Of a DNA stretch of 64,000 nt, positions 37,921 through 45,972 are shown piece after piece. The notes beneath the pieces were generated by a model. The model was not told the origin of the DNA. It did not search any database and saw only the letters and a list, made by a program, of their open reading frames with translations. This DNA comes from Candidatus Saccharimonadales bacterium (GTDB lineage: Bacteria; Patescibacteriota; Saccharimonadia; Saccharimonadales; DASZAF01), in assembly GCA_035480055.1 (NCBI GenBank), contig DATIIB010000009.1:277068-341067 (forward strand), written 5' to 3'. Each line of letters begins with the position of its first letter. Within the stretch, counting starts at the first letter, position 1. A program made the position numbers and the translations under genes.

Positions 37921-39864
37921 CTATGTACCACGCACCTTCAGCGCACCTCTCAAATCTCTTTCAAGCTGCGCTTTTTCTTCATTATTTTTTGGTTGGTGAG
38001 CTTGCGCATACTCTACAAGCTGCCTCATTCGATCTGGGTGGTAAAAATAGAATATATCATTAATCTTGTCGAGACGTCTAAACGCACCTGCAGCAAGAAG
38101 CGTTTCGGGACTCTTTTTGTAGAGTGCCACGGAATCAGCCAGGTCTTCTGCTGCAGCCGCGAGAGGCTCTTCTTTGTGCTTCAAGCTAACGTAATCGGTC
38201 ACGTGCACTTCCTCTTGCATAGCGATATCACGCCATTCACGTAACCACCGTAATGGGAGGGTATTCCGATGCGCATAATGAGTCACCTCATGGTCAAGAA
38301 CTTGGGCTGCCTCCTTAGTGCTTTCCAGTACCATCAGTATCTTCGCAAGTTCATGATACCCGCCGCGCTCATATTCTTCCCGCTCCTCTGCGAGCAACGG
38401 ATCTGTGCTGATTATAATGCCCTCTTCCTTTGTGCTATACTTGCCTGCGGTTTTCGTCCTTGAACCGAGCGGACCTTTCTCGGCAAAGTCACCTATGGGT
38501 TCGGTAAAACGTACTTTAGTCATTCCGCGCACTAGCTCGGGAGGGAAGCCGTCAGGATAGGTATGTAGCCTTTGTTTTATCCATTCGTGTGGATCGGCAA
38601 TGCCAAGATCCCTAGTTGCAAACTCGCTGCCTTCAACATGCAGTGGACCTTGCGCGATCAGGGCTTCCATAGCTTCTTCATCTTTTTGATCCACTTCTTC
38701 AAAAATCGTTGCAACATGTCGCTTAAAGGCATCTGCTATCTGCTGCGGAGTGTCTTTGCCTTCTGAACCATCGAGGCCAAGTTGACGGAAAGGAATTGCT
38801 AACTTTGGAAATTGTACAACTGCGCCGATAACACTACTATTGAGGGCATCTCTTCGACCTTTGCTCAAGAAGTTAAACACCGTTTTCGAAGTGAGATTAT
38901 CCCATTTTTTTGTAGCACCAAGCAAGTTGTTGTCGGGTAGCCACTGCTCTTGAGATTTTGGAATTTTTCGTTCCGATAAGTCCTCTCCTTTAGCAAGAAG
39001 TTGGCCTCTTTCCTGAAAACCTTCCTTCCATTTACGAGCGCTGCTGAGCGCACCGATATCAAGATTAGGTGGTGTATTACCAGCCATAATACTCCAAAGC
39101 GAGTAGGAACTCTCATGATAAGGAGGCTGCGCCGATGGCGAAGGATCCAAGCAAGTAGCGATGACTGCATCCCAATCAACCGTCTGCGCAAGTTCTTCTC
39201 GCAAAGCTACTAGCTCTTTTCCCGCAAGCTCCTGAGCTCGTTCGGCAAGCCTGTCTCCTTCACCCATGAGCGGAATTATTTCCCGCACATCAGCTTCCAC
39301 TCTATCAAAAAGCTCTTGGCCAATTGCCTGCGGCAAAATGTCTAACAGCTTCATTCGCGTTTCGCTTAGCGGCTCGTTCACCTGCGAAATTTCTAATTGC
39401 TCACTTGCTTCTTCATACGCATTTGAGGCATCCCCCAACTCTTTATAGATTTTCTCCTGAAGAATCTCTATCCTTTCGTCATTCACTGTCTGTTGTAATA
39501 GAACAGCATCAAAAGTCTCGACCTCATGAACGTCTTCAACGACCTCAGGCGCTGGATCTTCTTGCGTTTCGTTTTGAGTGTCACTAAGTTTGGATTCTAA
39601 CTCGGCCAGCGCATCATGCCTTTCAACTGGGGGAGGGGCTTCATCTCCTTGATCAACTGCCACATCACTGGTCACTGGAGCATCTTCCTCCAGCACAAAT
39701 TCAACCGGAAGCGTGGTCCTTGCATGAGCCGCCCTTAATTCCGCCTGCGTATCAGCCGCGGACGGCTGCGTTTCATGCGTATCATCAGCTCCAGATACGG
39801 CTTCGCCTGAATCACCATGCCTATCAGAGCCTTCGGTTATACCTTGCATTTCAAAAGGGGGCAT
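37921..39864 (-). CDS. large acidic hypothetical protein with C-terminal HExxH metallopeptidase-like motif
   Basis: 647 aa. The first ~120 aa are Asp/Glu-rich and look disordered. HEVTHYAHRN is followed about 50 aa later by AAEDLADSVALY, which is reminiscent of M34/ATLF-like zinc peptidase domains. No signal peptide was seen. Confidence 0.6.
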   Translation of the reverse strand: MPPFEMQGITEGSDRHGDSGEAVSGADDTHETQPSAADTQAELRAAHARTTLPVEFVLEEDAPVTSDVAVDQGDEAPPPVERHDALAELESKLSDTQNETQEDPAPEVVEDVHEVETFDAVLLQQTVNDERIEILQEKIYKELGDASNAYEEASEQLEISQVNEPLSETRMKLLDILPQAIGQELFDRVEADVREIIPLMGEGDRLAERAQELAGKELVALREELAQTVDWDAVIATCLDPSPSAQPPYHESSYSLWSIMAGNTPPNLDIGALSSARKWKEGFQERGQLLAKGEDLSERKIPKSQEQWLPDNNLLGATKKWDNLTSKTVFNFLSKGRRDALNSSVIGAVVQFPKLAIPFRQLGLDGSEGKDTPQQIADAFKRHVATIFEEVDQKDEEAMEALIAQGPLHVEGSEFATRDLGIADPHEWIKQRLHTYPDGFPPELVRGMTKVRFTEPIGDFAEKGPLGSRTKTAGKYSTKEEGIIISTDPLLAEEREEYERGGYHELAKILMVLESTKEAAQVLDHEVTHYAHRNTLPLRWLREWRDIAMQEEVHVTDYVSLKHKEEPLAAAAEDLADSVALYKKSPETLLAAGAFRRLDKINDIFYFYHPDRMRQLVEYAQAHQPKNNEEKAQLERDLRGALKVRGT

Positions 39865-39958
39865 TGCACTTAATTTATAGGATATTACGCCTCACTATAC
39901 CACACCTCCTCCGTAGACTCTCCAGAGGTTTTATGGTAATATATCGGGGTTCACAGAC

Positions 39959-40033
39959 GGCCCCATCGTCTAGTGGTTAGGACACCAGGTTCTCATCCTG
40001 GCAACCGGAGTTCGACTCTCCGTGGGGTCACCA
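39959..40033 (+). tRNA. tRNA-Glu (anticodon CUC)
   Basis: GGCCCCATCGTCTAGTGGTTAGGACACCAGGTTCTCATCCTGGCAACCGGAGTTCGACTCTCCGTGGGGTCACCA. Anticodon loop TTCTCAT. TGgTAATAT extended -10 lies 16 nt upstream. Confidence 0.9.
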
Positions 40034-40046
40034 AATAAGAAATACT

Positions 40047-40068
40047 AGGCACTTCGGTGCCTTTTTTC
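40047..40068 (+). terminator. rho-independent terminator after tRNA-Glu
   Basis: AGGCAC-TTCG-GTGCCT followed by TTTTTT. Confidence 0.8.
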
Positions 40069-40069
40069 G

Positions 40070-40346
40070 TGTCTAGTAATCTATAAATCGATGATAATTT
40101 GGTCGTGTTAACTTTTCCATTTTGGTGTATTAGAATCTCACCTGGAAATATCAATTGTTGACACGTCTCTCTGGTATCGGGGTCTAAGTCAAGCCAGTTC
40201 GCTGGCAGGCTGCCCATAAAATCAGCCACGAATCGTGCAAACTTGTCCACGCCAGCATCTATGGACTGGATGGCAGCAAGTCGGTCTTCGAGCTGTACCT
40301 TTTGCGATTCCAGCTGTTCTAGCTGCTTCTCAAGTTCCTTACGCAT
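40070..40346 (-). pseudogene. C-terminal remnant of a serine recombinase (large resolvase/invertase-type)
   Basis: ORF 39993..40346. A coiled-coil segment KELEKQLEQLESQKVQLEDRLAAI is followed by ...QQLIFPGEILIHQNGKVNTTKL, which resembles the tails of CPR serine recombinases. No catalytic N-terminal domain is present and stop codons lie upstream. The ORF tail runs antisense through the terminator and tRNA-Glu, so that part is artefactual. Confidence 0.45.
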
Positions 40347-40447
40347 GGCATCGCTAGTGGTGCGTCAGACGTCGGTGTGTACGATCTTACACCCTCGTCC
40401 TTGATTTCAGCGCGCTATGCTTGTATCGTTGAAAGGACTCTGGCAGG

Positions 40448-41179
40448 ATGAATAAAAGGATTTTTTCTATGAATGCTCTACACGAATTCCAGACTGGCAG
40501 TGGCGATCGGATAGCTCCTACTTCGTTGGAACGCCCCGGAGACTTCTATGATCATGCTGCTGCTCTTCTTGAAGAAGCAGGACCACAAGTTTTTGAGGAA
40601 GTAGTGCCGAAGTTAGAGAGTTATGAGGGCAAGTGGCATCCGCTTGGCTTCATGGCGTATAAATTGGGTTCAATCGCTGGAGTAGGTGCACTCAGGTTAG
40701 ACATATGGCCGGAAGGATTACGGCACGAATCGCCTAGGGGGCCGAAGATTCATGATCATGCCTGGCATCTTGCTTCACTGGTGAATGGCGAATACACAGA
40801 TGTTCTTTATGATGTTGAGGAAGTTGGCAAAGTGACTTCTGAGGAAGAGAGGAATGCTCGCGATCTACTTCGTGTATATAGCCCTCGTCTTTCGGCTGCG
40901 GTTACCTCCGCCGCGCTTTGTACTGATGGTACTTGCGCCCGCGCTACCGCAGTGGAAAATAGACGAGTTACTACTGGGAACATGCACACGATCGATGTGG
41001 GCGTATTCCATATAACAGATATTCCACTCGGTAAGAGGGCGGCGACAGTGCTCATAGAATCACCCATAATCAATACCGCGACCCGTATACTTATGGATAC
41101 AGCAGGTGAGCCACTAACTAACCCTAAACGTGAGATTACTCCTGATGAGGCAGCTTACGCGAAAGCACAAATACTATAG
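40448..41179 (+). CDS. hypothetical protein, cupin/cysteine-dioxygenase-like
   Basis: 243 aa. LRLDIWPEG...PKIHDHAWHLASLVNGEY resembles the CDO-type cupin metal-binding strand. Confidence 0.45.
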   Translation: MNKRIFSMNALHEFQTGSGDRIAPTSLERPGDFYDHAAALLEEAGPQVFEEVVPKLESYEGKWHPLGFMAYKLGSIAGVGALRLDIWPEGLRHESPRGPKIHDHAWHLASLVNGEYTDVLYDVEEVGKVTSEEERNARDLLRVYSPRLSAAVTSAALCTDGTCARATAVENRRVTTGNMHTIDVGVFHITDIPLGKRAATVLIESPIINTATRILMDTAGEPLTNPKREITPDEAAYAKAQIL

Positions 41180-41821
41180 ATGGATATGAAAAAACCAAGC
41201 TGGATTATCTTTGATGTTGGCGGCGTGCTCCTCGATTGGCGCGCGAGTTCCGACGCGGTCGCGAAACAATTAGGTGTTACTCATAGTGAATTATTTGATG
41301 TACTCTATGACCAAACCGCGCAGATGAGCATTGGAGCTAAGATGACTGTCGGGGCGATATCCGCTGAAGAAGGATGGACGGAAATACTTAAGCGTTTGGG
41401 TAAAACCCAGTTCAGTACTTCTGATATTCTCAATCAGTGGTTTGCGACAGAATATTGGTTCCCTGCTTCACTTGCATTGGTTGGTGATCTCCACCGAGCT
41501 GGCTACAAACTAGCAATTATGAGTAACTCATGGCTCGGCCTTACCCATCCCGAAAAACGCAGTGCCTTTCCGCAGGAGTTGCAGTATTTTACACACATCT
41601 TTGATTCCTCAATCGACAAGGTCAAAAAGCCTGCCCCAGAATTCTACGAAGTTGTTGAGGTAGGAACTAAAAAGAATGGAAGCGAACTATTACTGGTCGA
41701 TGATGACCAGAAGAACCTAACAACCGCTACGAGCAGGCAATGGCAGACGTTTCTTTTTGAGAGTGACGTTGCTGAACAAGGAGAGGCGGCAGTCCGGCAG
41801 CTTCGGGGCAGGTTGTTGTGA
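41180..41821 (+). CDS. HAD family hydrolase
   Basis: 213 aa. Motif I IIFDVGGVL, motif II MSNS and motif IV LLVDDDQKN. Confidence 0.8.
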   Translation: MDMKKPSWIIFDVGGVLLDWRASSDAVAKQLGVTHSELFDVLYDQTAQMSIGAKMTVGAISAEEGWTEILKRLGKTQFSTSDILNQWFATEYWFPASLALVGDLHRAGYKLAIMSNSWLGLTHPEKRSAFPQELQYFTHIFDSSIDKVKKPAPEFYEVVEVGTKKNGSELLLVDDDQKNLTTATSRQWQTFLFESDVAEQGEAAVRQLRGRLL

Positions 41822-41857
41822 GGTTGAGGGCTTAAGATAAATGGTAAGCTATAGTTA

Positions 41858-42484
41858 GTGAAAATATTTCTCGCCTCTTGTCTTCAGGATGGTGCGATTA
41901 GGCAAAAAGAACGCATCGCAGCACTTGAGAGATTACTTAAGGCTAAAGGACATTCAGTTGCAGTCTACATCTACGATTTGCATGAGGTGAATGAAGAGCC
42001 TGCCTTTGGCGAACTCTCAGAAGCTATTTTAAAGTGCGACGTATATATCGCAGAGATGAGCCTTCCTAGCCAAACACTTGGTTTTCAGATTGCTTTTGCG
42101 CTTAACAATACCTTAGCTTGCCTCTATCTTTTCGATGAGCAGACGCAAGGTATGCCCGCTACTTCGCTAGCGCAACATCCGTCGCGGTTGCTCAAGTTTG
42201 TAGCATACAATTCTCAGAATGTATCTCGTAAGCTTGATGCTTTCCTCTCTTATGCTGAAAAGCAGATGAGCACAAAGCGAACAAGCTTTATGAGTACCAA
42301 GTGTATTGATGAATATTTGGCAAGAGAATCAGCAAGATTGGGGGTGCACAAAGCCGAGTTAATCCGCCAGATCCTCTTTAAAGAAAAGGGGGCGTTCAAC
42401 CCAGTCTGCTGCCACTTTGGGTGCGCGTGCAAAAACCGTCCAGTGCATACCGGTAACTGTGTGGCCGTCGCTGAGCAAAAGTAA
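41858..42484 (+). CDS. nucleoside 2-deoxyribosyltransferase-like domain fused to a ribbon-helix-helix segment
   Basis: 208 aa with a GTG start. MKIFLAS...CDVYIAEMSLPSQTLGFQIAFAL follows the NDT-like Rossmann pattern, with Gln at the usual Glu position. C-terminal KRTSFMSTKCIDEYLARESARLGVHKAELIRQIL is RHH-like. The last ~30 codons read antisense through the ogt remnant and are probably not native. Confidence 0.45.
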   Translation: MKIFLASCLQDGAIRQKERIAALERLLKAKGHSVAVYIYDLHEVNEEPAFGELSEAILKCDVYIAEMSLPSQTLGFQIAFALNNTLACLYLFDEQTQGMPATSLAQHPSRLLKFVAYNSQNVSRKLDAFLSYAEKQMSTKRTSFMSTKCIDEYLARESARLGVHKAELIRQILFKEKGAFNPVCCHFGCACKNRPVHTGNCVAVAEQK

Positions 42485-42523
42485 ACTGCCAGCCGGCGTA
42501 GGGACGCATGTGTAATACTGCAT
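42359..42523 (-). pseudogene. ogt: truncated ogt (methylated-DNA--protein-cysteine methyltransferase, N-terminal 54 aa only)
   Basis: MQYYTCVPTPAGSLLLLSDGHTVTGMHWTVFARAPKVAADWVERPLFFKEDLAD* matches the MGMT N-terminal domain. The DNA-binding/PCHRV active-site domain is absent. The ATG lies 3 nt after the ada-alkA stop. Confidence 0.65.
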
Positions 42524-42525
42524 AT

Positions 42526-43926
42526 TTATTTGCCTCCTTGTTCTTCTAACGATTTCCACAACAACATGGTGGCGTAGCTTCGCCAAGGCCGCCAGGTAAG
42601 GGCTCTTGCTTCTAGTTGCCGAGGGGTTTGGCGCTCGCCAGGGACTAAGGCTTTCTGCAGCCCAAGATCGCCAGCTGGAAAAGCGTCTGGCCAATGCAAC
42701 ACGCGCATGCGCAAATATTCCGCGGTCCAGGGCCCAATGCCTGGAATAGCAATAAGATTCTCGTAAAAAAGTTGTGGATCTGATTCGTCCAATTGCAGCG
42801 CACCGGATTGGACCGCGTTTCCCAAGCTCCATATGGTAGCTGCTCTTTTATGCGGGAATCCGAGCGCCGCAATAGCTTCTGGGGTGCTGCCAGAAATAGC
42901 AGCAGCCGTTATTCCAATACTTTCTGCAACTCGCCGCATGAGGGTAGTCGCTCCAGCAACGCTGACTTGCTGGCCGATAACCGCTCTCAGCAGCGTTTCG
43001 AATGAGTCCCAACAGCCAGGGACGCGTAAACCTGGATACTTAGCCACGAGCCGGCTCAAAAGAGGATCGGCCGCTAAAGCTGTCTCGATGCTCACTGGAT
43101 TGGCATCGAGGTCAAACAACCGGCGGGTTTTGGCTAATATCGCATGCGCCTGACGAGATAACTCCAGGGGGAGGCGAACGGTGAGATAGCTCTTGTCGGG
43201 CACATTGGTTATGATAATTTCTCGGCCATCCACAAGGCGATGGTACGTCTGGCCATCCACCCATTCATCTGGAGTGGCTCGTTTCTGCAAGAATTGCAGT
43301 AGGGCAGTCCAGCCAAATGGCGGCCGATAGTCGGCACGCAACATCAAAGGTTGAGCAGACTTATGGACATGGGTTTCACGGCGGAGCCGCTCGGGCGTAA
43401 ACCCGTACGCTTTTTTCATAGTAATGGTCAAACGTCCGGGACTCCCAAAACCGACCGAGTACGCAATATGGGTAATTGGCAAAGATGAATCCTGCAGCAA
43501 TTGTTTGGCAAACAGTAGGCGCCGTGTGGTCAGGAAAGCCTTGGGCTCCAGGCCAAAACGCTGCACAAAAAGCCGCCGCAAGTGTCGTTCGCTTACGTTG
43601 AAGCGACGCGCTACTTCAGAAAGTGTCTCATCGGCCAGCAATGTTTCTTCGATGTGCGAAGCCAACCGGTCTGCCAGTGAATCAGCTACCCCATTTATGT
43701 GAGCCGGTGCGTGTTCTGGCCGGCACCGCAAGCAAGGACGGTAGCCGGCTTTCTCGGCTTCCGCGGCTGAGGAAACAAAAGTGCAATTGGCTTGCTTGGG
43801 AACGATGGCCGGACAAATGGGTCGACAATAAATGCCCGTCGACTTTACGCAGGTAAAAAAGACGCCATCAAACCGTCGATCGTGCGAGAGTACCGCTTGA
43901 TAACATGTTGGAGCTGATAAATCCAT
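42526..43926 (-). CDS. Ada-type methylphosphotriester sensor / AraC regulator fused to AlkA DNA-3-methyladenine glycosylase II
   Basis: ORF 42526..44253; true start is MDLSAPTCY at 43926. Ada Zn domain FFTCVKSTGIYCRPICPA...RPCLRCRPE, AraC HTH, AlkA_N, and HhH-GPD (IPGIGPWTAEYLRMRVL). Confidence 0.88.
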   Translation of the reverse strand: MDLSAPTCYQAVLSHDRRFDGVFFTCVKSTGIYCRPICPAIVPKQANCTFVSSAAEAEKAGYRPCLRCRPEHAPAHINGVADSLADRLASHIEETLLADETLSEVARRFNVSERHLRRLFVQRFGLEPKAFLTTRRLLFAKQLLQDSSLPITHIAYSVGFGSPGRLTITMKKAYGFTPERLRRETHVHKSAQPLMLRADYRPPFGWTALLQFLQKRATPDEWVDGQTYHRLVDGREIIITNVPDKSYLTVRLPLELSRQAHAILAKTRRLFDLDANPVSIETALAADPLLSRLVAKYPGLRVPGCWDSFETLLRAVIGQQVSVAGATTLMRRVAESIGITAAAISGSTPEAIAALGFPHKRAATIWSLGNAVQSGALQLDESDPQLFYENLIAIPGIGPWTAEYLRMRVLHWPDAFPAGDLGLQKALVPGERQTPRQLEARALTWRPWRSYATMLLWKSLEEQGGK

Positions 43927-44014
43927 ATCTCTACAATAGCATGAGTAACAGATTGCATACTGCGTTTTCGGACATGAACAAGCGCAAGCTGGGACATGCG
44001 TGTAGAATAGGCAT

Positions 44015-44326
44015 ATGGCAACAAAAATTTCTGATGGCACCGTGCATAAAATGCCGGCCGATTTGCGTAGAGCCCTCCTGGCTGCGCCAAAAGCACTGAC
44101 AGCTTGGGAAGATATCACCCCGCTCGCGCGTAACGAGTGGCTCTGTTGGGTGACAACCGTCAAACAGCAAGCCACCCGCAAAGAACACGTGGAACGAACG
44201 GTGAGTGAACTCATAGAAGGAAAGCGCCGACCATGTTGCTGGGTTGGGTGCATTCATCGCACCGATAAGGCTATTAGCCCATCGGTAAAATGGGTGCTGA
44301 GTAAGCGCTCTAAAAAGCTCTCTTGA
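44015..44326 (+). CDS. YdeI/OmpD-associated family protein
   Basis: 103 aa. PADLRRALLAAPKALTAWEDITPLARNEWLCWV matches the YdeI/DUF1801-type C-terminal family. Confidence 0.75.
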   Translation: MATKISDGTVHKMPADLRRALLAAPKALTAWEDITPLARNEWLCWVTTVKQQATRKEHVERTVSELIEGKRRPCCWVGCIHRTDKAISPSVKWVLSKRSKKLS

Positions 44327-44372
44327 GCACTCGAGTTGCAAATGCCTCATCTCCTTGTTAAGATGTTACGCT

Positions 44373-45635
44373 ATGATAGATACTTTGCCCGCTGATCGCA
44401 TTGCTGCCTCTACGTTATGGCCAGATGCGCTTCCAATTTCACGCGAGGAAACCCTGAGGCGAGCTACTCAAAGTGATGTTCCGACCATCATAGGCATGCG
44501 CCAAGAAGCGAGTCAAGTATTAAGCGGAATGCCTGGCACGAACAGGCAATGGCAAGATGGCACCTTTTATAGTGGGGCCGAGGATGAGAGCTTCCGAACA
44601 GTAGTACAAGAAGGCATTCAGCGCGGGCATACCTATATCGTAGAGCGCCTCGGTGAGGCGGCAGCTACCTTTACCGCAAGCTTTCAGGGAGAGGAATTTT
44701 TGTGGCCAGAGGACGGCGTGTCAGCATTATACTTGAGCCGCTTGATGCGCCGCGGTTTTGGCGAAAGAAAATTTTCAGGCATAGGGGAGACTGCGCTTGG
44801 AGCAGCTCATAATATGGCTCGCCGTCTGGGAATGCAAGTAATTCGATTGTCTGCTTGGGAAGGCAATAAAGGACAAGCAGAATACTATGAGGCCCAAGGA
44901 TTTTCACGAGTTAAGGGACCGCGGTTTGGATCTTATCCGGCCACGCAACTGATGCAGCGTGCAGTAAAATATAATAGTTTTGCCAACTTTGACTCTAGAT
45001 TTGCCAAGTCTGTAGAAGATACAATTAACTCCGTTCCTACCAGTTTTCACTCTTATTACCCGATTAACGCGTGTGTTGGAGAGTGGAAACGAGGAGAGAT
45101 ACCCGTCTTATTAGCTCCTTCGGTACTACGCAATCGTCTATATGACCATGATGGTACGCCTCGTGAAGGTCTCACAGATTACCTGACGCCTGACGAGTAT
45201 GTAAGTCTGGCAAAAACTTTCGGGCATGGCGCGTTACTGTGTATGATTACCCCAGACCAATCACTGCAGGTTGTTCGTTCCGAAGCTCCGATCATCTCAG
45301 AGAGAAACTTACGCGATACTATCAATGGAGGTCTTGCGCCATATAACCCCAATATTCCACTCAAGTTTTACGGTAGGTTTATCATAGGGGGAGGGGAATC
45401 ATACATTATTCTCCCAGACGATGGATCGCGTGTTGTCTGGCCAAACAGTCCCAACTTGAGAATCTTTGACCTAAGTAAAGACGGCATACGCCGTGAACGC
45501 GGAGAGCCGATCCATGAGCAAGATTATGGATGGTGCCAGGCGAGTCTCCGTTTTCTAGCCACCAACGCTAATAATGGCTATTACTATCTTCCACCGGAGA
45601 CGATGACACACGGCGAGATAACGCTGGTTGATTGA
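44373..45635 (+). CDS. GNAT-like N-acetyltransferase domain fused to an uncharacterised C-terminal domain
   Basis: ORF 44355..45635 (ATG at 44373). The N-terminal ~190 aa show a GNAT-like pattern (RRGFGERKFSGIGETALGAAHNMARRLG). The C-terminal ~230 aa have no recognised motif. Confidence 0.55.
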   Translation: MIDTLPADRIAASTLWPDALPISREETLRRATQSDVPTIIGMRQEASQVLSGMPGTNRQWQDGTFYSGAEDESFRTVVQEGIQRGHTYIVERLGEAAATFTASFQGEEFLWPEDGVSALYLSRLMRRGFGERKFSGIGETALGAAHNMARRLGMQVIRLSAWEGNKGQAEYYEAQGFSRVKGPRFGSYPATQLMQRAVKYNSFANFDSRFAKSVEDTINSVPTSFHSYYPINACVGEWKRGEIPVLLAPSVLRNRLYDHDGTPREGLTDYLTPDEYVSLAKTFGHGALLCMITPDQSLQVVRSEAPIISERNLRDTINGGLAPYNPNIPLKFYGRFIIGGGESYIILPDDGSRVVWPNSPNLRIFDLSKDGIRRERGEPIHEQDYGWCQASLRFLATNANNGYYYLPPETMTHGEITLVD

Positions 45636-45644
45636 TACCCCTTG

Positions 45645-45863
45645 CTAACTTGCCGCGCCACTTTCCTGCGCTGCGCCTTCTTTATACTGTTTATCTTCTT
45701 CTTTAACGCTCTGCCAGGTGCTCATAATATTTTGGATTGCTTGATCGGTAGTGATACCCTTGGCGCTGTCGGTTTCGACCGCTTTTTTGATATCATCAAC
45801 CACTAAGTTATCGTCGTCGCCCATTTTGTCATATGGTTTTCCACATCCACATTGTAAACACAT
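45645..45863 (-). CDS. hypothetical small acidic protein with N-terminal CxxCxC motif
   Basis: 72 aa. MCLQCGCGKPYD followed by an acidic helical region. Confidence 0.5.
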   Translation of the reverse strand: MCLQCGCGKPYDKMGDDDNLVVDDIKKAVETDSAKGITTDQAIQNIMSTWQSVKEEDKQYKEGAAQESGAAS

Positions 45864-45972
45864 ATCGCGCTCCTTGCTTAGTATTGCTATGTCTCAATTA
45901 TATATCGCCTGCAAGCCTCCAGGCGGTATAACATGCTTTTGTTTACCCCAGACCTCTGCTATCCTTAAATGA

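Larger units (their letters stand above)
40034..42360. mobile_element. degraded tRNA-Glu-adjacent integrated element (remnant recombinase plus cargo)
   Basis: Supporting signals are the tRNA border, the recombinase fragment, a visibly more A+T-rich stretch by eye, unrelated cargo genes, and a far edge that coincides with the truncation point of ogt (~42360). No direct repeat of the tRNA 3' end was found. Confidence 0.35.

Noticed and set aside
39993-40069. C-terminal part of ORF 39993..40346 reading antisense through tRNA-Glu and its terminator
   Set aside because: The frame stays open across a tRNA gene only by chance. Only the 40070-40346 portion is treated as a recombinase remnant.
43927-44253. 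109-codon N-terminal extension of the ada-alkA ORF (start at 44253)
   Set aside because: The extension is Cys/Ser-rich nonsense and overlaps the well-supported ydeI gene on the opposite strand. The Ada zinc domain begins right at the ATG at 43926, which has its own -10 box.
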